From a virus (taxonomy: Duplodnaviria; Heunggongvirae; Uroviricota; Caudoviricetes): a stretch of DNA of 64,000 bases. The stretch lies in IMG/VR virus record IMGVR_UViG_3300043467_001216. One strand, written 5' to 3'. The position numbers and the translations under genes are program-made. Under the pieces are notes generated by a model, which was given only the letters and a program-made list of their open reading frames with translations, made no database searches and was not told the origin of the DNA. Of this stretch, positions 1 through 10,367 are shown in pieces; the first letter of the stretch is position 1, and the number at the start of each line of letters is the position of its first letter.

Positions 1-1454
1 TTACGAATATCTTTTTTAATTTCTTTAAATAATTCTTTAATAAAAATTCCGGCAATTTTAGATACAACATTTTTAAAAAATGTGGAAAATCTTTTAACAA
101 AATCTGAAAAAGATTTAATTGATTCTAAAATTGTGTTACCTAACGCTTTTAACATTACGGCTAACGGTAATAAAATTTTGGGTGAGAATAAAGATATTGC
201 CAATCCCATTATCATATTTTTTATGAAGTTCAAATCTAATTCGGCTTTTAAACTACCGTCAAGAGCAAACCCATTCCAATCAGGGTTATTTACAATATCG
301 TCAGTCAGTTTATCCGCAGCATCAATTTGTTTATCCTCATCCTCAATAAATGTGATATTATCTAACGCTTCAAAGATTGTATTAGTATCTAATGGTAATG
401 CAACATTATTACAGGTTACAAATTTAACTACACCATTCTTAATATTACTAACTCTTTCTTCTATCTTACGTAAATCCATACTATTTAATTCGTAAAATGA
501 ATTATCAGTATCGTCAATTTCAGATAATTTAGCAACACCACTAACATCAATAGTTTTTCTATTGTCAAAACAGATACCTAAGATTCTTTGAATTATAGCC
601 ATTACTTTACTAACATCTTCAACTTGTTTAAGACCAACATCCCCTTGAATTGAGATTGCACCTAACAAACATTCTAAAATCCACGCTAATGTTGAATTAA
701 AATCAACAACTTTAATTGTTTTATAATAATCTTGAATAAATTCTCCGACATTATTTAAACGGTTCAACGTAACCCTTTGTTGTAAAGTTACTTTATAAAA
801 ACTACCTGTTTCACCCAAATCATTTACTTCAGTATACTCAATGTCAAATAATGGTTGACCTGACCTACCCATATATAATGAACCCCCATTATCTGTTGAA
901 TATGGGTCGTTACTTTGGATACGTTGGTATAATTGTTTATTCATTGGATATGGATACGATTGTGTTGCACTTAATGGTTGTTTTTCATACAACGCTTTAC
1001 CCGGACTTGTTTGATAATCTTTTCTTAATAATTTACCTAAGTCAATTGAACTAACTTTAATATATAACACTTGTGGTGAGAACGCTTGTTGTTGGTCACA
1101 ACCAACAACCGATAAACATTCCGCCATTAATATGTTAGCAATTTTTGGCTCCACTTTACGTAGAGTCCTCATTAAAAGTCTTTTTAAATATTTTGTGGTA
1201 CTACCACCTTTACCCGAAAGAACTTTTTTAATATCAAGCAATTGTTCGAATTGATTTTTTAATTCTTTTTGATACTTTTTAGCATTCGCCTTTAAATCAT
1301 TGATTTTTTGTTCCGCTAAATCTTTACGTTCATCAAATGAATTACCCGCACTTTTCTTTAAGGAATCATATTGACTTTTTAAATCAGTATACGCTTTAGC
1401 CGAATTAATTTTATCTTTAACTTCTTTATAACTACTATCTAAATCTAACCCCAT
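1..1454 (-). CDS. Hypothetical protein, >484 aa, truncated by window edge (MGLDLDSSYKEVKDK...)
   Basis: Translated by hand; open from ATG at 1454 to the window start; missing from the ORF track because its stop lies outside the window. Confidence 0.8.
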   Translation of the reverse strand, partial: MGLDLDSSYKEVKDKINSAKAYTDLKSQYDSLKKSAGNSFDERKDLAEQKINDLKANAKKYQKELKNQFEQLLDIKKVLSGKGGSTTKYLKRLLMRTLRKVEPKIANILMAECLSVVGCDQQQAFSPQVLYIKVSSIDLGKLLRKDYQTSPGKALYEKQPLSATQSYPYPMNKQLYQRIQSNDPYSTDNGGSLYMGRSGQPLFDIEYTEVNDLGETGSFYKVTLQQRVTLNRLNNVGEFIQDYYKTIKVVDFNSTLAWILECLLGAISIQGDVGLKQVEDVSKVMAIIQRILGICFDNRKTIDVSGVAKLSEIDDTDNSFYELNSMDLRKIEERVSNIKNGVVKFVTCNNVALPLDTNTIFEALDNITFIEDEDKQIDAADKLTDDIVNNPDWNGFALDGSLKAELDLNFIKNMIMGLAISLFSPKILLPLAVMLKALGNTILESIKSFSDFVKRFSTFFKNVVSKIAGIFIKELFKEIKKDIR

Positions 1455-1455
1455 A

Positions 1456-1833
1456 TTATTTTAATTTATAAGAACCCTTTGATGTGTCAGTATCTTTATC
1501 AATCAAACTTTTAATAACATCATCATCTAAATCAATATCTGATAGTGTAAAATTGTCATTGTTTGTTGTTGTATTAGTTTTTTCCCAAATACTTGATTGT
1601 AATTTAGATAGAGAAAGTTTTTTCTCGACACATTCATTTATGATTTTTTGTTGTTTTTCAATAATAGGACCAATCAAAGTCATATCCTCAACCTCCTTCA
1701 TTAAGGACAACATTTTATTTTGTATTCTGATTGCAGTATTTCTTTGTTCCACAAGTTCATTGTAGATTTCTTGCATTAACGATAAGATAGATTCTTTAGT
1801 TAAATTAATTTCTTTTTTTGCCGGTCTTCCCAT
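1456..1833 (-). CDS. Hypothetical coiled-coil protein
   Basis: 125-aa ORF packed into the minus-strand operon; TATTTAT motif 6 nt upstream. Confidence 0.75.
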   Translation of the reverse strand: MGRPAKKEINLTKESILSLMQEIYNELVEQRNTAIRIQNKMLSLMKEVEDMTLIGPIIEKQQKIINECVEKKLSLSKLQSSIWEKTNTTTNNDNFTLSDIDLDDDVIKSLIDKDTDTSKGSYKLK

Positions 1834-1847
1834 AATAACATAAATAC

Positions 1848-2594
1848 TTATTTAACCATTTTCTGTATTAAGCAATAATATATGTTCTTGAACTTTTTCA
1901 TAGAACTTCTTATTTCTTTTGTTGATAAATTTGTCATCTCTCTTAACGATAGTAACACAATATTTTTATTAAATTTATTGTTATCATTACCGATAAAAAC
2001 TTCATTATAATTATCAAATAAATCATATAGTGCGTGTCCTAATTTAATTTCATTTTCAGATAAATTAGGTGACTTTAAAAATTCGTCTAACTCAATTAAA
2101 AATTGATTTATTATTGTTGTGGCATCAATCACATCACTTTCAATATGATACGCAAAATCATTACTATTTTCTAAATCATACGATATATCTTCATATGAAA
2201 TTTTTCGATTAGTCTCTTTTTGGTCTTTAATTATTTGACCCATCAAATAATTTTTACAGATAGTTCCAAAATAAGAATATGCCTTCTTTTCTTTTGAAGG
2301 TTTGAACTTATCTATTTTGGTCATTAAAAAGGAGTGTGTGTCTATATGTATTTCATAGAAATCCATATCTTTTCTATATAATTTATATCTTCGAATAATT
2401 GAAGATATCATCTTATCTAAAGGTTTACGTAAAAAGTCATTGTAAATTTTATTCTTTTCTTCAAATGAAGAAGCGGTTAAATAATTTATAACCGCTAACT
2501 CCTCTCTAACATCAAAATAATTTTCTTGTGTTGGTTTTCTACCTTTCTTTTTTAACTCCGTACTTGTTTCATTTACTACTTCATTAGTACTCAT
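1848..2594 (-). CDS. Phage late-transcription sigma factor (T4 gp55-like)
   Basis: NYF N-terminal motif and 'KIDKFKPSKEKKAYSYFGTICKNYL', resembling the sigma region 2 / gp55 NPFAYFT signature. Confidence 0.65.
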   Translation of the reverse strand: MSTNEVVNETSTELKKKGRKPTQENYFDVREELAVINYLTASSFEEKNKIYNDFLRKPLDKMISSIIRRYKLYRKDMDFYEIHIDTHSFLMTKIDKFKPSKEKKAYSYFGTICKNYLMGQIIKDQKETNRKISYEDISYDLENSNDFAYHIESDVIDATTIINQFLIELDEFLKSPNLSENEIKLGHALYDLFDNYNEVFIGNDNNKFNKNIVLLSLREMTNLSTKEIRSSMKKFKNIYYCLIQKMVK

Positions 2595-3397
2595 TAAATT
2601 TCTTGGGGTTCATATTTTATGGCTCTGTCATTAATGAAGAAATATTCTTTCTTAGCCGAATCAACCCAAAAACTAACCTCATCATCAGTTAACACATTCT
2701 CACCATTTTTGTAATTCCAAAAGATAGACCCCTCACGTAAATTTGTGTGTTTGTATCCTATTCTTGGAATTGACATAATTTTAACTGAGTTATATGTCAT
2801 ACGTAAGAAAAATTCATAACCAAACGTTAATTTGATTGAAGGTTTAATTAAACCAAAATCAAGAAATTTATCTTTTTTAATAACAATACCTGATGGTTGA
2901 AAGTTCTGATATGACTGTAACGTTTCGTTAGTTAATACTCCCATTTCACTACTGAAGTTAGCTGCAAATGTTGCCTCATTTGTAAACCCCGCAAATATTT
3001 CTTTATCTGTAGTATCAACAACTATTGGTAAAAACGCATCATACTCAGGATATGATTCAACATATTTTGCAACATTTTTAAACCAAATTGATGAATACTC
3101 ATCATCAAATTCGAATAAAGAAACCCATTTAGAATTTGCTGAACGAGCACCGTAGTTAATTTGTGATGCGTAATTGGGTTCTTTAGTCCATTCTACTTTC
3201 TCAACTTTAATATCACCAAAATCAAATGAGTTTAAATATTCAACTAATGACGTTTCATTTGTATGAACTATAATCAATTCATTGATTCCTAATTTTTGAT
3301 TTTTAATTGATTGAATTGCCTTATTAAAGTATTCATCAAAATTAAGATTTTTTGACGATTTAATAGGTAAGATTACTGATACATCAAATTTTTCCAT
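2594..3397 (-). CDS. Glycosyltransferase, GT2/GT-A fold
   Basis: VSVILP start, 'AIQSIKNQ', 'NYGA', EFDD (DxD-like) motif. Confidence 0.8.
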   Translation of the reverse strand: MEKFDVSVILPIKSSKNLNFDEYFNKAIQSIKNQKLGINELIIVHTNETSLVEYLNSFDFGDIKVEKVEWTKEPNYASQINYGARSANSKWVSLFEFDDEYSSIWFKNVAKYVESYPEYDAFLPIVVDTTDKEIFAGFTNEATFAANFSSEMGVLTNETLQSYQNFQPSGIVIKKDKFLDFGLIKPSIKLTFGYEFFLRMTYNSVKIMSIPRIGYKHTNLREGSIFWNYKNGENVLTDDEVSFWVDSAKKEYFFINDRAIKYEPQEI

Positions 3398-3398
3398 A

Positions 3399-4460
3399 TT
3401 ATTCTTCTATTGTTTGTAGTTTAGAGATTTGGTCTTCAAATGATTTTAATCTAATAGAAAAATATTCATCAAATAAAGAAACCGATTGTTTATTAAAATC
3501 TTCTTTAGATTGTAAAGAATTAACTGTTTCATTCATATTAGTGAATAATTCATCACTAATGTTGTCTTCTAACCAATTTTGTAAATGGTCAGCAATTACA
3601 TCAACTAAATGTGTTTTATTGTTAACCCAAATACCGTTATTTTCATTAATCCACGATGGTAATATATTAGGTACTAAACCAATTACAGGAACATTTGACT
3701 TCAATGATTCTAGTGGATATGTGCCATATGAACTTGTTTCATCAATCCAAACAGAAACAAACCCTTCACTTAATTTCTCAGCAAATTCATCTTTAGATAA
3801 ACCTCTTAAATCTCGTAATGTTATCCATCTATATTGTGGATATTTAACATAAAATGTTTTAATTAAATTAACAGTATCTCTTTGGTCTCTAGAATGAACC
3901 GATACAATTGGTTTTGCCGGTAATGAATTAGGTTTAAATTCATCAGAAATAAATGGTTTTAAAATATCAAAAGAAACATTTTTCATAATTTGTTGAATGT
4001 ATTCTTTTTGTTCTTCTGACGTAGTAATACATTTTAAAAACCCAAATTGAGCCCAAGTCTCACCTGGTTTTAAAGTTTCTAAGATATTATCATACGCTTG
4101 TGATAATACAATTTTACCGCATGGTAATTGTTTAATTTGTTCCATAACAAAACCAAATAATTCAGGAACCACAATGAAATCATCAGGTGCGACTTGTAAA
4201 GTACCACCTTCAATTGGTTGATGAGGTAATGATTCATACTTATTACCTAACCAAGATGATACACCTAAATAATCCGATTTTTCGTGTAAAATAACGGGGT
4301 TGTAATCATTTTCTTGTAATGCTAAAGCAAAATTATATATGTACTCAACAGATGCTTTAGCATTTCCTTTAGTGTCTTGTACAATAAAATAAATTTTAGA
4401 TGTTTTGTTTTTTAAGTTTTCAATAGATTGTTCGACCTTTGAAATTTGTTCTTGATTCAT
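3399..4460 (-). CDS. Glycosyltransferase-like protein, GT-B fold
   Basis: 'DDFIVVPE' and C-terminal 'SSYGTYPLESLKSNVPVIG' (variant of the GT4 E-x7-E region). Confidence 0.65.
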   Translation of the reverse strand: MNQEQISKVEQSIENLKNKTSKIYFIVQDTKGNAKASVEYIYNFALALQENDYNPVILHEKSDYLGVSSWLGNKYESLPHQPIEGGTLQVAPDDFIVVPELFGFVMEQIKQLPCGKIVLSQAYDNILETLKPGETWAQFGFLKCITTSEEQKEYIQQIMKNVSFDILKPFISDEFKPNSLPAKPIVSVHSRDQRDTVNLIKTFYVKYPQYRWITLRDLRGLSKDEFAEKLSEGFVSVWIDETSSYGTYPLESLKSNVPVIGLVPNILPSWINENNGIWVNNKTHLVDVIADHLQNWLEDNISDELFTNMNETVNSLQSKEDFNKQSVSLFDEYFSIRLKSFEDQISKLQTIEE

Positions 4461-4461
4461 A

Positions 4462-4722
4462 CTAGTACTTATTTATTATTTTTTTATTTATTAGCGTATT
4501 AAACGCGAGTTTAAAAGGGATAGATAATTCAGAACTTTTAGCTCCTAATGTTTCGTCAACCTCATCACTTTCTGTCACAAGAATTTCAACCATAGTTTTA
4601 TACATTTCATATTTAACTAAGTTAACTTGTGTTTCACCTGTTGACGATGATTTTTCAATGTTAACACATTCTTCCAATCTGTCAACATCTAAATAATAAT
4701 GTTCATTTAATACTTTTAACAT
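4462..4722 (-). CDS. Hypothetical protein
   Basis: 86-aa ORF coupled to both neighbours. Confidence 0.7.
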   Translation of the reverse strand: MLKVLNEHYYLDVDRLEECVNIEKSSSTGETQVNLVKYEMYKTMVEILVTESDEVDETLGAKSSELSIPFKLAFNTLINKKIINKY

Positions 4723-5333
4723 TTTAATAGTTGTTTTAATTTATCATCAAACTCGTTTAATGTTTTAACGGTATGTTCACAATCAACATTTTTGTTATAT
4801 TCTGTCTCATACTTAACCACAATCTTATCTGAAGGTTTATCTAATAATAATATAGGATTAGACGTAAGTAAAACATCTATCTCATCCCACATTGAATTTA
4901 TTGTTATATTACTATAGAATTTTATTTTTTCAATCTGACAAATAAACTTAGATAGGAAAAATAGTGTTGCCGGTTTTGATTTACCAATTTCATCAGAAAC
5001 AATAACTAAATCATTATTGTCCCGATATGTTAAATATAAATTGTGTAAATCATTAAATGTTGAATATTCAGTAGATTGTGCATGTCCAAAAATTTCCATA
5101 GCAAATTCTTCATACAAAAAAGAATAAAGTTCTTCATCGTTTTTAAATTTAAAATGTTCTTTTAACTCTAACGAAGTTACCGGTAAATTCATTTCATATT
5201 CGAAACTTTCATCATCGTCAATACCGTCGGTTTTTGATAAATAATATTTCTCATAGGTTTGTTCTATTTTACCAATGGTATTTCTTAAAACACCATTAAT
5301 ATCAAATCCGATTCTAAATTTTGGCTTTTCCAT
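4716..5333 (-). CDS. HAD-superfamily 5'(3')-deoxyribonucleotidase-like protein
   Basis: N-terminal 'IGFDINGVL' (DxDGV variant) and C-terminal 'TEYNK' typical of NT5C-like phage proteins. Confidence 0.6.
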   Translation of the reverse strand: MEKPKFRIGFDINGVLRNTIGKIEQTYEKYYLSKTDGIDDDESFEYEMNLPVTSLELKEHFKFKNDEELYSFLYEEFAMEIFGHAQSTEYSTFNDLHNLYLTYRDNNDLVIVSDEIGKSKPATLFFLSKFICQIEKIKFYSNITINSMWDEIDVLLTSNPILLLDKPSDKIVVKYETEYNKNVDCEHTVKTLNEFDDKLKQLLKC

Positions 5334-5372
5334 AATACCAATATATTTAGAATATTAAATTTGTAAACAATA

Positions 5373-6146
5373 TTATAATTTACCTTTATTTTCTTCGTAA
5401 TCGTCGAATTTTTGTTCGATGATTTTTATAATCTTGTTTCTTACAATTTCATCAGGATTATTTAATGAAACACAACCAAACTCAGACTCGTCTTCAAACA
5501 TTTTATAGACAATTTCTAATGAAGATTCTTTTTTATTTCTGATGTCTTTTTGTTTTGTATCACCAAGAATTACCATTTTAGAATTATCACCAATTCTAGT
5601 TAGTAATGTCTTCATATTTTCTAATGTTATATTTTGACACTCATCCGCAATGATAATTGAATTATCAATTGAACGTCCCCTAATAAAAGCTAATGGTTGT
5701 ATTTTTATAATACCGGATTCCCTTAACTTATTAGTAATTTCTTCACCAACAATTTTCTCAAAGTTATCAATAAATGAAATCATAAATGGTTCTAACTTTT
5801 CTTTAATATCACCGGGTAAGAAACCTGTTTCTTCACCTTTTAATTGTGTTACTGACTTAACTAAAATGATTTGTTTAAATTCGTGATTTTTAACCATTTT
5901 AAGAGCTTCAGCACACGCTAAGAAAGTCTTACCCGTTCCAGGTAAACCTGAGACGATTGTAATTTCTTTTTCCTTAATAGTTTTGATTAATTTTTTTTGA
6001 GTCTCGTTTTTACATTGGACTCTCACACTGATGTGGTCTAAAAGTTTAGCAGTATCAAATTCTTTTTTATCAACTACTAAAACTTTTGTTGGTAATTTCT
6101 CAACCTCAGATGTTGGGGTTGTAATTGGTTTTCTACCTCTACCCAT
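5373..6146 (-). CDS. phoH: PhoH-family ATPase
   Basis: GLPGTGKT Walker A, GFLPGD, 'PLAFIRGRSI', DECQN, 'LLTRIG', GDxxQxD. Confidence 0.95.
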   Translation of the reverse strand: MGRGRKPITTPTSEVEKLPTKVLVVDKKEFDTAKLLDHISVRVQCKNETQKKLIKTIKEKEITIVSGLPGTGKTFLACAEALKMVKNHEFKQIILVKSVTQLKGEETGFLPGDIKEKLEPFMISFIDNFEKIVGEEITNKLRESGIIKIQPLAFIRGRSIDNSIIIADECQNITLENMKTLLTRIGDNSKMVILGDTKQKDIRNKKESSLEIVYKMFEDESEFGCVSLNNPDEIVRNKIIKIIEQKFDDYEENKGKL

Positions 6147-6230
6147 ATAATTTTTTTTTATAACAATAAATAGTTAATATATTAAAAATACAATAACTAT
6201 TTAAATTCATCAATTTTTGATTCTTATTTA

Positions 6231-7745
6231 TTATTGTACAACGTCAATAAATTGTTTAAAATATTTATTGTTTTTATAAATAAAAGGTAATAACGTATTA
6301 TTTAAGTCTTTACCCATAGTTTCATTATGATTACTTAATTCTTTTCTTGTCTGACTTTCGTAATGATATGCAACTAAAGAACCGTCAAAAACATTTTCAA
6401 AACCTAAAATTATTAATTTTAAATTTAATTCAACGTCTTCAAAACAATTATTATAATCTTCATTAAACATTCCGGCATTTATAAATGATTTTCTTCTAAC
6501 ACCCAATAATGCACCTGTTGACCCGATACCGTTTTTATTACTAATTGTGTAATTAAAATAATTACCTAACCCATAATGTGTTAAACCTAAGCTATTATTT
6601 TTTTGATTGAAAAATATTCTTACACCGTCGTGTTGTACTGTATTATCCTCAAAATGTAATCGACAACCAATTGTACCGGTTTTAAGTTTTTCTTTAAACG
6701 TTTTTAACATACCATAAACAACATTATTTAATAATTTGATATCGTTGTTACAAAACAATAAAAACTCATATTCATCACCAATATGATTTTTAACCACTTC
6801 ATTATTAATTTTGGCAAAATTATAATAATCAAACTCAAGTAATTTGATGTTACCCATATTTAAAATATTATTTCTAATCCAATCTTTTTCTTCGTTAGTT
6901 GACCCTGTGTCAGCAATGTAGATATCAAATAAGTCAGAATTACAATACTGATAAAAAGAATTAACACAATTAAGTAACATATCAACTTTACCTTTTGTTG
7001 GTATAATAACCGCCATTTTACCAATATTTTTTAATGGTTTTTCATTAATTGTTGGTACGAAAATAGTTTCAGGTTTTAATTCTAAGGGTAGGTTTTTACC
7101 ATATTTTTTAAGGAATAATTCTTTTGATTGAAAAAATTCTTGATTTGGTTGACCGACTGATTGATGTGTTATTTCAAAGGACGATGTGACACCAATTTTA
7201 ACACCTGACAAATAATTTGGTAAACAAAATAAATGGTCGTAGAAATGAAATCTACCAATTGATTCATCGAATTGATGTTTAATTTTTGTTTTATCAAACG
7301 ATATAAATAAACCATCAATAGTTACTACTGGAATTAAAAATGGTAATTTTGGAGAGTATTTACTTAACCATTTTTTAGACCCATCAGGGTGATGATAAAC
7401 TTGACCGACCATTGTTTGATTCATCCTTTCCCAATAAACACCTGACTCAGGAAAATAACAACTACCCGCCTTACCAATAATCCCATAATCGGGATTACTA
7501 TTGAAATCCTCTAATAATTTTTTACCCCAATTTTTCTCAAGTTTAATGTCATTATGACAACAAACGATAATATTATTTTCCGAGATTTCTAACCCTAAAT
7601 TATAAACTGTCGACAATGAATATTCATTTCGATTTTCGACTTCTAAAATCTGAGGATTTTTAACACCGATAGATTCTAAAATATGTTTTTTAAATTTTTT
7701 ATTATACTCAGAGTCTTTGTGAGTTGAATATATAACAGTTATCAT
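6231..7745 (-). CDS. Two-domain GT2-like glycosyltransferase
   Basis: N-domain 'CCHNDI..IIGKAG..IDGLF..FHFYD'; C-domain 'VIIPT..ADTGS..NFAKINN..NNDI..EDVEL..HYESQTR'. Confidence 0.85.
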   Translation of the reverse strand: MITVIYSTHKDSEYNKKFKKHILESIGVKNPQILEVENRNEYSLSTVYNLGLEISENNIIVCCHNDIKLEKNWGKKLLEDFNSNPDYGIIGKAGSCYFPESGVYWERMNQTMVGQVYHHPDGSKKWLSKYSPKLPFLIPVVTIDGLFISFDKTKIKHQFDESIGRFHFYDHLFCLPNYLSGVKIGVTSSFEITHQSVGQPNQEFFQSKELFLKKYGKNLPLELKPETIFVPTINEKPLKNIGKMAVIIPTKGKVDMLLNCVNSFYQYCNSDLFDIYIADTGSTNEEKDWIRNNILNMGNIKLLEFDYYNFAKINNEVVKNHIGDEYEFLLFCNNDIKLLNNVVYGMLKTFKEKLKTGTIGCRLHFEDNTVQHDGVRIFFNQKNNSLGLTHYGLGNYFNYTISNKNGIGSTGALLGVRRKSFINAGMFNEDYNNCFEDVELNLKLIILGFENVFDGSLVAYHYESQTRKELSNHNETMGKDLNNTLLPFIYKNNKYFKQFIDVVQ

Positions 7746-8401
7746 ATTTTTTTAATTATAAATAAATTACTACTTTTTAAATAAGGACAATTTGTTTTTT
7801 GTATTAAATCATATTGAATACTACCTATTATTTTATATTCATTTGGATTTAAATTTCTAACAATATCATTAACCGCCCCGAAGACTTGAGGACAATACAC
7901 ATTATCCATATAATCATCAAAAACAATATAACCATTTTTTTTAACAATTTTTTCATAATTATTAAAATCATTAATAACGTAACTCTCACTATGGTCTCCG
8001 TCAATATATAAGATATCAACATTATTTACCTTCTCATTAACTAATTTAACAATTTCATCATTTGCCGAATCCCCTTCAATATGTTCATAAACACAATCAT
8101 TATGTTTAAATCTATTAACATTATTTATTGGGACTTCTTTATTGATTGAGTCTCCGTTATCTAAACTATACGACTTTTTAACTTTAGGGTTACTTGACAT
8201 TAATGACGCCGAAGCACCTGCATATGAACCAATTTCAAAGTATGTTACATCATCATGTTCAATTGAATTACAGATGTCATATAATATATGGTTATGATTA
8301 TGTAGTTGGTGAGCTCCAATATTATTAACAATATTATTTAATATATTTATTGATTCTTCAGTAATTTGAAACTCAAGTTCGTTTAATGTTTTATTCATCA
8401 T
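7742..8401 (-). CDS. Class I SAM methyltransferase (Methyltransf_24-like), copy A
   Basis: EIGSYAGAS motif I, IDGDH, GYIVFDDY. Confidence 0.85.
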   Translation of the reverse strand: MMNKTLNELEFQITEESINILNNIVNNIGAHQLHNHNHILYDICNSIEHDDVTYFEIGSYAGASASLMSSNPKVKKSYSLDNGDSINKEVPINNVNRFKHNDCVYEHIEGDSANDEIVKLVNEKVNNVDILYIDGDHSESYVINDFNNYEKIVKKNGYIVFDDYMDNVYCPQVFGAVNDIVRNLNPNEYKIIGSIQYDLIQKTNCPYLKSSNLFIIKKI

Positions 8402-8417
8402 TTTTATTTAAGGGTTA

Positions 8418-9077
8418 TTATATTTTTTGAATTATAAATTCATTACTACTTTTTAAATAAGGACAATTTGTTTTTTGTATTAAATCATATTGAATACTAC
8501 CTATTATCTTATATTCATCGGGATTTAATCCTCTAACAATGTCATTAACCGCACCAAAAACTTCTGGACTATACACTTCATCCATATAATCATCAAAAAC
8601 AATGTAACCATTTTTTTTAACAATTTTTTCATAATTATTAAAATCATTAATTACCGCATTTCTACTATGGTCACCATCAATAAATAAAATATCGACATTA
8701 TTTACCTTTTCACTCACTAATTTAACAATTTCATTATTGGTCGAGTCACCTTCAATATATTCATACACACAATCATTATGTTTAAATCTATTAACATTAT
8801 TTATTGGTATTTGTTTATTAATTGGAACACCAATATCTAAACTATATGACTTTTTAACTTTAGGGTTACTTGACATTAATGATGCCGAACCACCACCATA
8901 CGCACCAATTTCAAAGTATGTTACATCATCATGTTCAATTGAATTACAGATGTCATATAAAATATGATAATGGTTATGGAATGTTTTACCGTCCATTGTT
9001 GAGATAATCTCGTTTAAATTATTTATTGATTCTTCAGTAATTTGAAACTCAAGTTCGTTTAATGTTTTATTCATCAT
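8418..9077 (-). CDS. Class I SAM methyltransferase (Methyltransf_24-like), copy B
   Basis: EIGAYGGGS, IDGDH, GYIVFDDY; tandem paralog of 7742..8401. Confidence 0.85.
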   Translation of the reverse strand: MMNKTLNELEFQITEESINNLNEIISTMDGKTFHNHYHILYDICNSIEHDDVTYFEIGAYGGGSASLMSSNPKVKKSYSLDIGVPINKQIPINNVNRFKHNDCVYEYIEGDSTNNEIVKLVSEKVNNVDILFIDGDHSRNAVINDFNNYEKIVKKNGYIVFDDYMDEVYSPEVFGAVNDIVRGLNPDEYKIIGSIQYDLIQKTNCPYLKSSNEFIIQKI

Positions 9078-9095
9078 TTTTATTTTTATTTTTAT

Positions 9096-9800
9096 TTAAG
9101 GTTTATGATACCCCTCTTCATCATGTCGACATGTTAATTTATTAATAAAGATACTCTTTAAATTTGACGATTGTATCACCATTCGACATCTTTCCCATAA
9201 ATCCGCATCAGCTGGTAACCCAACAAAGTTATTTAATTCAAATAAATCACGATATCTAAGAGGTATTGTTTTAAAATTCATACAAACTGAAGAATGTATT
9301 AATCCCGCATTTTTGGGGAGAAATTCGTGATATAGTTCAGAACTTTCAATGTTTGGTAAATACGAATGTTCATACGTTGATTTAGTACAAATCCAATCAG
9401 CATTTGTTTCTTCAATACATTTATTAATCTCAAATAAATGATTTGATAACCACCAATCATCGTGGTCTAAATGACAAATGTATTCATAACCATCGTTTAA
9501 TGCTGCCTCAACCCCAATATTAGTTGCGTTTATACCCCCATATGACCATAATGCCCATTTATTATCAATGTATTTATCTCTTTCTTTTGCATATGGTAAG
9601 TTTTTAAAAAATAATCTATCTGAATCGTAAGTTGAAACCAAATCAATAAGTTCAGGTTCATTTTCATATTTATCACCAATTAAATATATTTTAAAATCTT
9701 GGTGTGTTTGATTAAACACCGAATCTAACGCTGTTTTTAAAAATGATATTGATTTTCCATCACTTCTATAATAGGTTGGTATGTTGATAGCTAATTTCAT
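9096..9800 (-). CDS. GT2-family glycosyltransferase
   Basis: INIPTY, 'ALDSVFNQT', LDHDDWW. Confidence 0.85.
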   Translation of the reverse strand: MKLAINIPTYYRSDGKSISFLKTALDSVFNQTHQDFKIYLIGDKYENEPELIDLVSTYDSDRLFFKNLPYAKERDKYIDNKWALWSYGGINATNIGVEAALNDGYEYICHLDHDDWWLSNHLFEINKCIEETNADWICTKSTYEHSYLPNIESSELYHEFLPKNAGLIHSSVCMNFKTIPLRYRDLFELNNFVGLPADADLWERCRMVIQSSNLKSIFINKLTCRHDEEGYHKP

Positions 9801-9804
9801 ATTT

Positions 9805-10365
9805 TTATTTTTTAATATAATTTAAAAAATCATTTTCTAATTTTATCAGGTTTTTATTTCTATTTTTAATTTCTTTTGCGGGAACACCAGCAACAATTTT
9901 TAATTCATCAACATCTTTATTAATTAAAGATAAAGCACCCACAGAACTATAATCATTTATTTTAACATTAGGTAATACTATTGTACCTGACCCAATAATT
10001 ACATGTTTACCAATATACACATCACCTGATATCACATTAGTAAATTTTTTATCTATAGTTGGGTTTGTCAAATAATTACCACTATAATCGTCGGTCGAAC
10101 TATAAATCGAAACTCTGGATGATAGACCTGAAAAATCATTCATAATGACACCCCCATTACCAATTATCGAACAAAACACCGCAATATGGATGTTGTTTCC
10201 TAATTTAATACCACCTTCACCTGCACTAATAACACAAAAATCATCAATCCTAACGTTATCGCCAATTTCAATATTTTTAGCATTATAAATAGTTGATTTG
10301 TCTGAGATTAGAACATTTTTACCAACGTTCTTAAACCCAATTGATTCCACATCTTTAATAAACAT
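9805..10365 (-). CDS. Hexapeptide-repeat (left-handed beta helix) sugar acetyltransferase
   Basis: IGDNVRIDDF and IGKHVIIG hexapeptide repeats, C-terminal AGVPAK. Confidence 0.9.
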   Translation of the reverse strand: MFIKDVESIGFKNVGKNVLISDKSTIYNAKNIEIGDNVRIDDFCVISAGEGGIKLGNNIHIAVFCSIIGNGGVIMNDFSGLSSRVSIYSSTDDYSGNYLTNPTIDKKFTNVISGDVYIGKHVIIGSGTIVLPNVKINDYSSVGALSLINKDVDELKIVAGVPAKEIKNRNKNLIKLENDFLNYIKK

Positions 10366-10367
10366 AA

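Larger units (their letters stand above)
7742..9077. repeat. Tandem gene duplication, ~676-bp period
   Basis: Two 219-aa ORFs with long identical DNA stretches; about 35 aa differences by manual alignment. Confidence 0.95.

Noticed and set aside
82-1054. Plus-strand ORFs 82..495 and 851..1054
   Set aside because: Antisense to the long minus-strand ORF starting at 1454
7742-9077. Possible DGR template/variable repeat pair
   Set aside because: Differences are not adenine-specific, both copies are full genes, and no reverse transcriptase is present in the window
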